Shown here: positions 47,217-59,199 of the stretch, in pieces
Position numbering within the stretch: position 1 is the stretch's first letter
Layout: each line of letters begins with the position of its first letter
Assembly: GCA_047495785.1 (NCBI GenBank)
Contig: JBLDXI010000028.1
Span: 434,001-498,000 of the forward strand
Direction of reading: 5' to 3'
DNA from: Lepidodermella squamata
Taxonomy: Eukaryota > Animalia > Gastrotricha
DNA: 64,000 nt
Program-made: the position numbers and the translations under genes
The notes under the pieces: generated by a model
Told to the model about the DNA's origin: nothing
The model's input: the letters and a program-made list of their open reading frames with translations, nothing else
Databases searched by the model: none

Positions 47217-48668
47217 ATGACTATGACCCCGATGAGCGTTTCGGGCTTTTGCAAGTTGTTCTGCTGCCCTCCGTTCCCTTCTCGCATTGCTGCCAAACTT
47301 GCATTTATGCCCCCGAAACAGTCCTACAACATAATTCCGGATGACTCCGGCCTTAGTAACTACAGCTTTGAGCCGCACGAATCTGCTGACTGGCAATTTG
47401 GCCCGCAAGAACTTGAGCTGCTTAAGCCGTGTTTCGCCAGAACGCGCCGAGGTAATCGCATCGCTTGCCTACACGTGCGCTGCCCAGAGCCGAACGCTTC
47501 GCCTTATACCATATTGTTCAGTCACGGCAATGCCGTCGATCTTGGCCAAATGAGCAGTTTTCTACTATCACTTGCCCGTTGGCTACGCTGCAACATATTC
47601 TGTTATGACTATTCCGGCTACGGCTGCTCGTCAGGCAAGCCTTCGGAGAAGAACCTATACGCTGATATTGATGCTGCTTTCAAAATGCTGCAATCGCGAT
47701 ACGAGCTAAAGGCAGATCGCATTATTTTATACGGCCAATCAATTGGCACGGTGCCTACCATTGACATGGCATCTCGCCAACGAGTTGCCGCTGCTATTCT
47801 TCACTCGCCGTTGACGTCTGGCATGCGAGTAGCTTTCCCAGCCACAAAACGCACATATTGTTTCGACGCATTCCCTAAGTAAGTATTAAATCACCATGTT
47901 GTATGTGCTTATCGTTTTTCTCATGTAGTATTGACAAAGCGACGAAAATTCGGTCGCCGGTACTCGTTATCCACGGCACTGAGGATGAAGTGATCGACTT
48001 TACGCACGGCCTCGCAATTTACGAAAAATGCCCGGTCACTGTCGAGCCGCTGTGGGTCGAAGGCGCCGGGCACAACGATGTTGAAATCTACAGCCAATAC
48101 GTCGAACGATTACACAGGTCATTATAATAACTCTCAAAAATGTTCATAATATTGTTAAATTAAAAATCAAAATTTTGAAGTAATTGGAGATAGCTGGAGA
48201 TAGCTATGACATCAAACGTTGGCCTATAGACTGGATTTTTAACGATTTTAGTGTTTTATTTTTTTAGATCATCGGAATTTCGCTTTAAAAAATTCTTAAT
48301 TTGAACAATACATATTTGATCTAAAATTGATTGTCTGATCTACTGATTTCAGATTCGTACACGAAGAGTTACCCGCTCGCTACCAGTCAGACGGAGCTTC
48401 AGACCGCAGCATGGCTATCGGCCATTCTAACACAAATGGTGGCAATATGGCGAGCGGCGCTCGCGACAATCGCCAGAGCTCGAACGACTCTGGCGGCATT
48501 AGCTCGTCTCAGGTGGTGCTTGAATCGCGATCGCCGAGTGGCGGTAAGCTGCTGCACAGCAGTAAACCCGGGCCAGCGGCAGGTACTCGAATTCGGCGCG
48601 CTTCATCCGGCGGTGAGTCGTTGGGAGGCGATTCTGGGTCGGAAGCGGCGCTCGATCTTAACCACTAG
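47217..48668 (+). CDS. ABHD17: ABHD17 depalmitoylase (exons 47217-47878, 47929-48117, 48353-48668)
   Basis: [54 protein letters not shown]. Confidence 0.95.
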
Positions 48669-50605
48669 TGTTGTTAGGATTAACTGCTACGGAAAAAATA
48701 ACACGCGCACAATTTCTCGCTCCATCTCTTCTATCTCTCTCTCTCTCTCGTTGGTTTTGTTTGTTTATATCGCGAGGCATTCGGTTGGTTTATCTATCCT
48801 CACGTTACTTGTTGCTTTTTATTGTGGTCAAATTTCTTATGTCGAAATCATGATGAAGTAAAATTGCGGTTGATTCGGATTCGGTAATATTCCTAGGATT
48901 TCAGTTTTTAATTAAAAAAAATGGACTTCAAGTGGTCTAGAATATAATTTCACGTGTCATATTGAGTATAAAAATAAGGCAATATTAGAATTATAGTTTG
49001 ACCCGAGAAAATACTTCACTGCTTGGAAATCAAAATCTATCTGTATATTAGTAAAGAAAATTTGAGGAAGACAAAAAAATATTCCGTAATCTTATGGTTA
49101 ACCGCAATTTTGTTCATTTTCCAAATTGTCTCAAATAAAGCGAGCCAACTGCTTTTATGTATAAAAAAATATTCGCGTGATTTCTCACTTTTTGAATCGT
49201 TGATATGATTTGTGAGCATCGTAAAATATTCATATCGTTCGCCACGCTTGAAAAGCTTTTTAATCATCTCTTAGATAAGAATAATTTGCGATTTCTGTTC
49301 TCTCGTTTTATTCTCTGAATCAACAATGTATAATCGAGAGATTCGTTGTAATCGATTTTTCTTCATCTTCTTCTTCTTCACCGGAGCTCAACAAAAAACC
49401 CAATGTTTTTCTGTTGTTTTCAACTGACCAAAAATGTTGTATAAAACCTGATGATAGATATTATTATCGCTATATGGGACTCAAAAAATGAGAACCTCGG
49501 AAAACGAGACATAAGAGGTTAAGCTGTCGTTGTCTTCATCAAATTATCGTCATCTAAGAGAAAAATGCGAAAAAATAATAATTACGTGCACCTGTGTCTT
49601 TCATTTCATTATTTCAAAGTGAAAAAGTTAATGACCGCCGACGGATTACTTCTTAGCTTGTGTGGCCTAGTTTCAGCAAATTTATTGGTTGTTCGTGTGC
49701 AATATTTAGCTGTCGTGTTTATGTTCGCTCTTTTCCCGGCTTTTGCGAAAAAATTGAAAGTTTTCCTCGCTCTTGTCACGATGTTTTCTCCGCCGTTGGA
49801 TTTTTTTCTAATCATGATTTAAAAAATTGTGGATAGTTGATGTGTACAAAAAATTGCACTTTCTCTAAATATTGAAAGCTTACCTGAGCCTGGTTACATA
49901 GCGACGTTTGTATAATGGAAAAAAATGGAATTGTTATCAAATCTATATCATTCTACCTTGATTCTTCGATCATTAATTGATAATTAACGGCGTTATTATT
50001 ATAAAATTATTGTTTCAATTATTACTACTGCGGAGAAGGAAGTTTAACTGTTTACGACGATGAAAAAAGTAACAAATAAAACCTGAAATTGAGTAAAAAA
50101 GGGATTAATTTTTCGTTACGCTTCTTCGAGCGTGAAATGAAAAATGAAGTTGAATCGATTTTTTTTCAAGGAAGAAAAACCACTAAGCGCCCGAGGGAAT
50201 ACGAAACGGAAGTGCTAGTAGCTGTCGTAATTTCCTCATTGATTCAATTTTTTTCATGTCACCCTACCTAGAAGCTGCCGAGAAAGATTCAGCGTGGGAT
50301 TAACAAAATTAGATCGTGAGAACCAAATTTAAACCTGTTTTAAATAAGCAGGACAAAAATGTTAGTTTTAAAACTCCGCATTCATCTCATTTCCATTTAA
50401 TCGATACATCGGGGCTCCGGAGTTTCATGAGATTCGTGATAAATTCCTACGTGGGCCAGGAGCATGACGTGGATAAAACCTATAATTTGCGATCACGCTA
50501 AGATTTACATCGCTAAGTTTTTAATAGGCACGAAATTTTACTAGAGAATAAATGCTTTCTTGTGAATAATGCATTCGCGCACCTGAGAGTCAATACTGCG
50601 CTAAT

Positions 50606-52315
50606 ATGCTGCTGCGAAGTGGTGGTGGCACGATCATAGTTATCGAGCCGATCAGGTTCGAAGCAAAATCGAGACCTGTTCTGCCAGCGTTCAACCCGTC
50701 GTCGTTCGAAAATCAAAGCCTAGACAATTTCGCTTTCCCAAATACCTTACTTACTCCTGCGATGATGAGCAACGTCTCGGAATTCCAAAATCATCATTCA
50801 TCCACGTTGAGTAGCGGCGTAAAATGGACCCTGGCAAGCTTCGGGATTCTTGAGGCAACTTTCGCAGTGACTTGCAACTTGGTTATCATCATTGGTGAGG
50901 AACTTTTCCCAATGTTAATAAAATAAAATATGTATTCCTTGTCGCAGGAATTCTAATGGCTTTGAACCACCATCGAAAAATTATCCGATCCAGCCCTGCT
51001 CGGAGATTGAGAAGATTCGGTGATAACGCCATGATGATCTACGTTCTTTCACTTGCCGTAGTCGACATAATAATGGTCGTCCTAAACATCGGATTTCTCT
51101 CATTAAATTTGATCGAAGAGGACTTACCAGAAGCCCTCAGGATAGGATCAATAGGATGTTCAATGCGAGATCCTGTTGTCAACGCAAGCGTTGGAATTTC
51201 AACTTGCCTCATGTTGGCAATCGCATACCACCGGCATACGCTTATTCTCAAATCAGCCTCAGCAAGAAGCCCGAGTAAACAGCTGCTAAACTCATCGGCG
51301 TCATTTGACATTGGCAACAGTCCTTCGGTCTTATCTTTGAGAAAACTTGATATTCTAGCTCGGAGGCAAAGCTCGATCATCGCATCTAGCGGCAGCGGAA
51401 AAAGACCTGTTTTACGAGCTGCTTTTGTTATATTATCCATCATTGCTCTTCATGCGGTGATATCACTGCCAGCTTTTTTCCACGTCAAGCTGGTTCCGAT
51501 TACATATCAATATCCAATTTTCACGAACGCTACATTGACCGGTTACCAGTTTCAAGGTATACACATTTTGGTTATCAGGCTCATTAATCGATTTGCTATT
51601 TTCGGCTGTAGAGATCACTCTTACTTCAATATGCCTGCAATGGTGGGACTCGTCATTACTGTTTGCATTGTATTCCATGATGCACTTCTCTTTCTCTTTC
51701 CTCGTACCGCTGCTTGCAACACTTGCATTGTACTCGAATGTCATTTGCCATCTAAGCAGGTCGAGTTTTAACTTTGCACAGTCGAAGAAGCGATTCTCGA
51801 AAACGACGCAGCACCTCGGCTTTGCTGTCTTAGCTTTCACTATTTGCTGGTCGCCGTACAAGGTTTTTACTCTCTTCATTGATATCAACGCAAGTGGGCT
51901 ATTTATTGGCACCGTGGATGGATCCGAATCTGATGATATCGTGGGTGGTCTTCTGTCAAACAGTGATATGAGCTATGTCTTGGTGCTGGCTTTCAAACTT
52001 CTGGCGATGCTACAGACCTGCATTAATCCTATTCTTTACGGATCTCGAATGCTGGCTCCAGCAAGACAAGAACATCGGCGCATGTCCCAGCTTCATGTCC
52101 CCGACAAGTTTGAACTGGAGAAAATACGGCGAGCATCGAGGCCATCTGAATGTCAGGATTCGTCAAGTGGGGATGCAGAAAGCGCGAGGGCTTTCGTTGT
52201 GAGACATTCTCGGCAGTCGTCACGCGTTGCCTTCCGCAACAGCATCGAAATTCCGATTTTCGAAATCAACAGGTCAGCAAGGAATTCATACGTCGATGTT
52301 ACTGATAAGCCTTGA
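50606..52315 (+). CDS. Class A (rhodopsin-like) GPCR, peptide-receptor-like orphan (3 exons; start uncertain)
   Basis: TM1 CNLVII, TM2 SLAVVD, TM3 Cys and AIAYHRH, TM5 FLVPL..Y, TM6 FTICWSP, TM7 CINPILY; introns about 50894-50947 and 51557-51611 keep the frame. Confidence 0.88.
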
Positions 52316-53049
52316 TGTTACTGCGAGCGAATGAGATTTTATATGCACATCCTTGTTTATAAAATAAACTAACGCTGTATTCTCGCTATTCACAGTATTA
52401 TTTTACAAATTGGTTCCAATCTGCCTAAGGCTAGCGTTTTAAAAAATCAAAATAAAATTATACACAGCTTTCGACGGAAGGCTAACTCAGCGTTTTTTAA
52501 GCAGTTTAACAGTTCAAATTTTAAACACCAAACCTAGTGTTGTCAATAGATTCGACTGAGTCGACGATTAATCTAGATTTTTAGTCGATCTATTGAGACG
52601 CTCGTTTTGAGCTCGTTTTGAGACGCCGAAAATGTTTTTCCGGCCAAGTAAAACCAACACTACGGTACCTATTTTATCAAAAAATTCGCCTAAGCTACCT
52701 AGGAAAATTATCGATTTTGGGTTCCAAGAAGGCTGATATCGGGAAAATCACTGATTTGTAAAATCGATACTAGGAATCGATATCAGCTCTATAAGATGAA
52801 GTATAATTCGTGAACTGACCGCTCATAGCGCGAAATACGCGTAATATGAAGGTCTATCGCGGTTAGGCATGATAACAAAAAATGTGAGATTCCAGCGATG
52901 AATAAATAGGAAACTCGAAAACCCATATTTAGGGGAAATCTAGTGTTGGAGTCTCAACTTTAGTGCTGGAACCCTAAATTTAGGGTGCGCACTTGGCACA
53001 TCCAATAACTAAACCGGCTATTTCTCTTCTTCATTTTCTGGACCTTTCC

Positions 53050-53701
53050 AGGCATAATTCACCGGCAATCTAAATATTTCATTCGTACCGGATAAAATAC
53101 CGGAAATCATGGAACCAGTTACCATCGGGGGGTTTCCGGGTTTTCTCCGGTTAATTTTTTATTTCTTCAGTTAAATCATGGATAAAAGACGAAATATTCT
53201 TTTGGTAGGTTTAATTTTAGAAAATTAGTTGAATTTCCTTTAAAAAGCTGCCAAATTACAATATACCGTATATACCGAATTAGTTTACACTGCCTTATAA
53301 TTCTTTTGTAAGCCATTCAAGTCCTGCCTTAAATTCCGGGTCTGCCTTTTATTCCGGGTCTGCCTTATATTTCACAGATTCGCAAAAAAGAACTCATCTC
53401 ATAGTAGTTAGCCATCAATTTCATCGCGAGACACGTCGGCGTAATCCCCTCTCAGCGAGAGAACCCACTCGTGCAGAGCGTTTTCCATGTCATCGTTTAC
53501 GCCCCGACCCCCGAGGTGCTTGCGGTTCATTCCAGCGACTGTTTACCCAAGAGATTACCTGCTGAGTGGATTACGCACTTGCCTTATAATTCGGTGATGC
53601 CTTATATTTTATTATTCGACCTCTAACCTCTGCCTTATAATACGGTTCTGCCCTATAATTCGGTATATACGGTAGTTGCGCAACTTATCGGACACCCTGT
53701 A
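53050..53701. mobile_element. MITE family 1 copy interrupted by a second MITE
   Basis: About 53090-53263 plus 53675-53701 align colinearly with 59000-59199 and end in ggacaccctgta; left boundary approximate. Confidence 0.7.
53264..53674. mobile_element. pogo/Tc1-mariner-type MITE
   Basis: TACCGTATATACCGAATTA ... TAATTCGGTATATACGGTA perfect inverted termini with TA ends; subterminal ctgccttataa repeats. Confidence 0.88.
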
Positions 53702-53859
53702 TAGCTGAGAATTCACTCATTCCCCGATAACTACCTGCATCTCAGAACTTAGAAAATTGTTTATATTTTGCAGAGTTTAACCTAAATTATACTGTTTTAC
53801 GGTCGTTTCAATTATTTTACCTTCATTTATCATGGATTTTGAATTCAGCCGCGGATGCG

Positions 53860-54622
53860 ATGCCTTTGTATGGCCGTTGTAACAACACCAAAACCTTAGG
53901 AATTACGCTTGACGGCCGCTGGTTTAGCGTTTTCGATGAACACTTGTTGTGTCGATCATGTGGCCATGCTATTAGTCTTCATCCACAAGCTGCCGATAGT
54001 AAGTATATTTCTCATATTATGACTCATATTATATGACTCCAATCCCATGAGATGATAATCAAGAATTACATCATGTCAAATTAAATGCGCAACCATTTTC
54101 TAATTTTGCAATCTTTCTCGTTTTTTGTCTGTAGTGAAACCTACCGTTAGCACCATTAGAATAAATTATTTGTGATTATATTGACTATGTTCTTGTTTCT
54201 CCAGCCGAACGCCACCAGAACCTGGCCACGCTGCGAGACTCGGACGAGCTTCGCCCGGTAACAGCGGATCTCTTTTAATTTTCTAACACGCTTATTATTG
54301 AACATGATTTTGTTAACAGGACATGTCGCTCCTCGCCATCGCCGCCATGCTTTTGCTCAACCTCTTTGTCCTTGGCCCGGCTGCCGTTGCGTTCTACACC
54401 TCGTCGTGGGCCCCTGGCAACGAGCGGGCGCTAGTGCTCGCCTTAACGTGCATGTGCGTGGAGCTTTCGGCTGTGGTGTCACTTTTCAATGGAATGTACT
54501 CTCGGAATACTGTATCTTCGGATACGGTAGCCTTGTTACTTCTATCTAGCGCAATAGCCGCCTTCAGCCTTCAGCCGGCCCGCCAGTGCCAGCCCATGGC
54601 GCCTGCCATCTCAGCAAACTAA
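53860..54622 (+). CDS. Small orphan protein: CxxCxHxxxxH motif plus about 3 hydrophobic helices (3 exons)
   Basis: MPLYGRC...LLCRSCGHAISLHPQAAD|TERHQNLATLRDSDELRP|DMSLLAIAAMLLLNLFVLG...; two GT-AG introns with compatible phases (1, then 0). Confidence 0.55.
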
Positions 54623-57600
54623 AAGCTTTTAGCCTAATTCTTATGACCTATATCGACTCGTGCATCATTACACCTTAATATTAAAATAATATTCGCAATT
54701 TCGCATAAGGTGATTTCTCTGATATTGTTTCTTTAGCCACATCACTTCTATACCGGTTATAATTTATATTCAATTATTGGACATTATTTAAATAGCCACT
54801 TAATACCTATTCCGTTCTGTGTGTGGAGCTCGTTGAAAATCGACAGCGTTTAGACAGCCAACTTTCGCCAATTTTCTTATGTCTGCTATTATAGGTATGC
54901 ATCGCGCCGAAAAACTCATTTCACCCCTTTTATTACTAATTGGCGCTTTAAAACAATGATTATTATAAATATTATATTTTATGAAAAACTCGTGGATAAT
55001 TATTTTTATTTGAATTATACATGTTGTAACTACTCTCAATAATTCACATTTTGAAAAAAAACTCTTGTAAAATGTCTCTATCTACGCTTTAAGCTCGTTA
55101 ATTGTTAATTTTAATGGGTTTGATTTTATACCGTAAAACTTCAGTCAAACCTGCTGTTGAAACTTGATGATGCACTTGCTCAATGGCATTTTCGATTAAT
55201 TTTTCGTGTCCATCAATAAACATTCATTGTTTTGATACAATAAAACTCAGGCATTTTGTATTCAATGTTGATGAAAAGGCGCAGAAATAATTCATCATAT
55301 TCTTTTTTTGCTGGTTCCAAGGTCGTATATTTTTTGGCAAATTCGGGAACTACATTTTGAAAATCGTTGCTAACTTATTGGATGATTTTCTCTGATTTTT
55401 TGGTCATTTTTCGATGTTTCGGAATAGGATTAGGAATAATTATTTTTGAACAGAGGCCCAGCTCTGGACATTTTTCAACTCCGCCATGTGCGTGCGGCGC
55501 ATGTGCTGTAAACGAAAAAACGAAAAACCAATTTATTCTGAAATCTTTATACTTACAATCATCTAATTACAAATATACAAATTTCTCCGGCGGCGGAGAT
55601 AGCTCGCTCGTCGCATGTACACGAACATTCTGTATCATAATATCTAGCATCCAGTCGTTCTTCAAATTTTACACTGCGAATTTCCAGAAAATTTCCAGAA
55701 AATCAGGAAATAATCATCTATGTTTTACCTTTTACCTCCAAGTATCAAAACGTGGATCCCAGCTTGATATACTAGGAGCACGCAAAACTCATTTTGATCA
55801 AACGACTTTTGAAAGTGACAATGAAGGCCGAACCCGAACCCCATACTACCGTCGGAATTTAAAAATATTCTTCGACTGATGAGTTTTCGATGACGGAACG
55901 ATTAACTTTACTTTTGAGGACGACCACGCACCACGCCTCTTGCCACCACGAACATAGGAGCTTAGGAGCAGCAGCTTTCACTGCAGCTTAGATCGACCGT
56001 AGTCCCGGAGTTCCGCTTGAATACCTATCGGTAAGGAATGCGAAATGCGCGTTACCGAATTAACAGAGAATATTGCGGCGAACTCAACACGCTCGACGGG
56101 GCCTCGGTATTGCATTATTAGCTTAATTTTATTTAAGCATACATGATAATTCGAAGGTTGGAGTTTAGAGAAATTCCTTGATGCGCCGAGTGTTCTTGAG
56201 CGATTTCTTATAACTCCTAATTCCAAAAACGCTGCGAATTTTCACTTGAGATTTTTGGGGCCATGCAGATATAGAATCTTTGATCGGATGGTACAGGGAG
56301 CAGTTCTTAGCCCAGAAAGTTTACAGTGCTCCCCCGACATAAGCAAGGGGCAAGATCCACGCGATTGCTCTTATCGAGGGTTGCTTATATCGAGGGAGCA
56401 CTGTGGGTATCTTTCGCAACAGCTTTTCAATATGACAAGGGGTTAAACTCGTTTAGGTGCCAAGGAATTGCAGCCGGTTTTATTGATAAAAATAATGACA
56501 AAGGAACAACTCTCATGAATGAATTCTCTTTGCCAGTTATATGAAAATTTGAGGACTGATTGCAAAAAGATCAGCCGATTTGAGCGTAACCATCGCGCAT
56601 TCGCTTGAAAAAACGCGCATAGTGCCGCCGGCATTGCGTGGGGACTGATTTTTAAGAAACGACCTTATTTTATTAATTAACAGGGGTTCATCTTTTCGAA
56701 TTATAAATAAAAAAATATTTCGAACCACGGAAAAATATAAAAAGGCTTCCGTATTGGTCTTCACATAAATTTATTTATCAAATGACGCGCTATTTTGTAG
56801 GTTTAGCTGGCGTTTGGTAGTCGTTCGTGTTGCCCGCAGGTTGGGCTCATCAACTTAACTTTAAAACGTTGTTTGGAAGTGAATTGGTGCTGATTTTAAG
56901 TTGCGGCATTGTATATTTGATCAATTTTTGCTATTGTAGGCGGTAGTGGAGTGGTTAAGCAGCATATTTTTCAGATTTATCAGTTAGATCGGCTTGTTGC
57001 TGGCTGTTCTTCTGCAAATCCATGGCTCTAAAGATGAGCAAGCGTGTTTATGTCAGAATTAGGAGTGCGTTGCTGTGATTTGTAACTAATTTGTTTTAGG
57101 ACACCACTATTTTCATTAGATTTCGGGGATTTTGTGCGGAGTAACTCTGATTCACATGTTAGATGCTATTGAGTTCTCATCTTGGAGATGGAGTTGCATG
57201 GATGCTCCTTGTTTATGTTGGCTTGGTATGAGAACACTAGAATTTTCTTTCTTAATGCTTGTCCATCTAAGAATTCAATCTAATTTTGCCCTAGGGTCTC
57301 TTTGCTGTCTTTCTAAAACCGAAGTTACGGCGTCGATGCACTCGGACGTTATGTGTTATGTGCATTTGATGCTGGTAGGAGTCTCGAGTGTTGCATTATT
57401 TTAATCTTGAACTTCTAGATATAACCGCTAATAACGGTCCGCTAGGTTTGTAATATCTCTGGGCCTCTCAGTCCAGGATTGAATGGATGATGGAAAATAT
57501 GTAAGGCAACATCTAAATTTGAAACGCCTTTCATTTAAAGTTAACTGAACTTTCATTAGGTCTTTCATCAGTTTCAGTCATTAGACAGATTATTTCCGAG

Positions 57601-58821
57601 TTACTTATTTGGTAGCGCCAACGATATCCATCCAAACTCACACTAGCTAATCACGAGCAAAATAACTAACGCTCGAACCCGACAACAGAATGAAGAATGG
57701 GATGTTATAAACAAAACTTGTTAAGAGATGCCATGATAAATTTATTTCATTTTGATTTCCGCCTTGCTTTGAAATGTATGATGATTATTTACGAAATTCA
57801 GTCGTGAGGTTAAATTGCGTTAATATCTCATGTATGTTTAGAGTAATAATTTACATCTTTTTCTTGGAATTAATCGATCAAACTTCAAATGGCTAGTCAA
57901 AAGGAGAATACGATGCGACTGATACGATCTATTCCTTGAGCAGTCGGCTCTTCAGGCGCTTGACTCGCGGCAGACTATATCAAAGCAAGAGAAACCAAAC
58001 CGAAGATACTGGGTGTGTTATTCAGCCACGACCACAAATGGTACTTTTAATGGTGAATTTCTTAAAAAAAATTGGAAAAATATAATTATTTTCAAGGGAT
58101 CGGAGAACTCTTCTAAATACGAAAATAATATCGTGGATCTATGAGCTAAAGTAAAATGGTCGAATCCCGAATCCAGGAGCGTGGTATGTTAGAATTTCAA
58201 CTGTTGTCCAGCCGCAATAATTTTATTCCGATTATTTTCTCAGGTGGTCTGAGAAATGTCGAATATGTCGGATCTGTTGGCGCAAGAGAAATACCGTCTA
58301 TAATCAAGCTCATATTTAACGTTGTCTTTGTTTCAATGTCGCGGTTAAACTGTTATTGAATTTCTAAATAATTTTTCGGGGTAAAAATGCCAATAAAATG
58401 TCGAAACCAAAAGTGTAATTTTTCTGTGAAAATCTGTTTAAATCCATCTTAATTATCGATTGAGTGGCCGTGGCTGATGGCAGATGATGACGAAGGATGG
58501 CCCACTGCTCTATATCTGACAGGTTTTCATTCAGGCAGAGATTGAAGCAGAAGCTAAAAAATGGCGAAAATATTTCATAACCACCAATAAAAGAACCCGG
58601 CCTTGGGACCGGTTCCGGGTAAACACCGCGGAAGGCCTTTACAATGCTAGCATTGCCCTCAGGATTGTATACACCTATTAGCCGCAAATGAGAAATATCG
58701 CGAATATTCTCAAGCCCGCTATCGAAGGCGAAACTGTTTGAGCGAAAAAGAAAGCCAGCAAAGAAAGGATAATTTTTCGCATATTTCGTCGCCGCCGAAA
58801 TTTTAAACTGAGCAGGACAAC

Positions 58822-59199
58822 TACAGCGTGTCCCATAAGTAACGCATGCAAAGAAAATACACGGTTAAGAAAATTTAAAATGAGAGGCGAAGTCACACCT
58901 CGTGGCCAGAAAATTTGTAGAAAAATTCAAAATATCACACGTAAGCAAGTATGCGTCACTTTAAATGGGATTAAAAATTCCGGAGAAATTGGTCCAACCC
59001 GGTAAAATACCGAAAATTACCGAACCAGTTACCATCGGGGTTTTCCGGTATTTCTCCGGTAAATCTTTTATTTCATCGGTTAAATCGCCGATAAAAGATG
59101 GAAATTCTCTCGGTAGGTTTAATTTAATAAAATTAATTAATTTCCTATTAAAAGTTGCCAAATTAAAAAAAAGTTGCGCAAATTCTGGGACACTCTATA
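58822..59199. mobile_element. MITE family 1, apparently full-length copy (Tc1/mariner-like, TA ends)
   Basis: TACAGCGTGTCCCATAAGT ... TTCTGGGACACTCTATA inverted termini; a further terminus fragment lies at about 40163-40187. Confidence 0.8.

Noticed and set aside
56800-57700. Strand-biased stretch resembling a LINE relic
   Set aside because: No reverse transcriptase or endonuclease motif could be read, so it cannot be supported.
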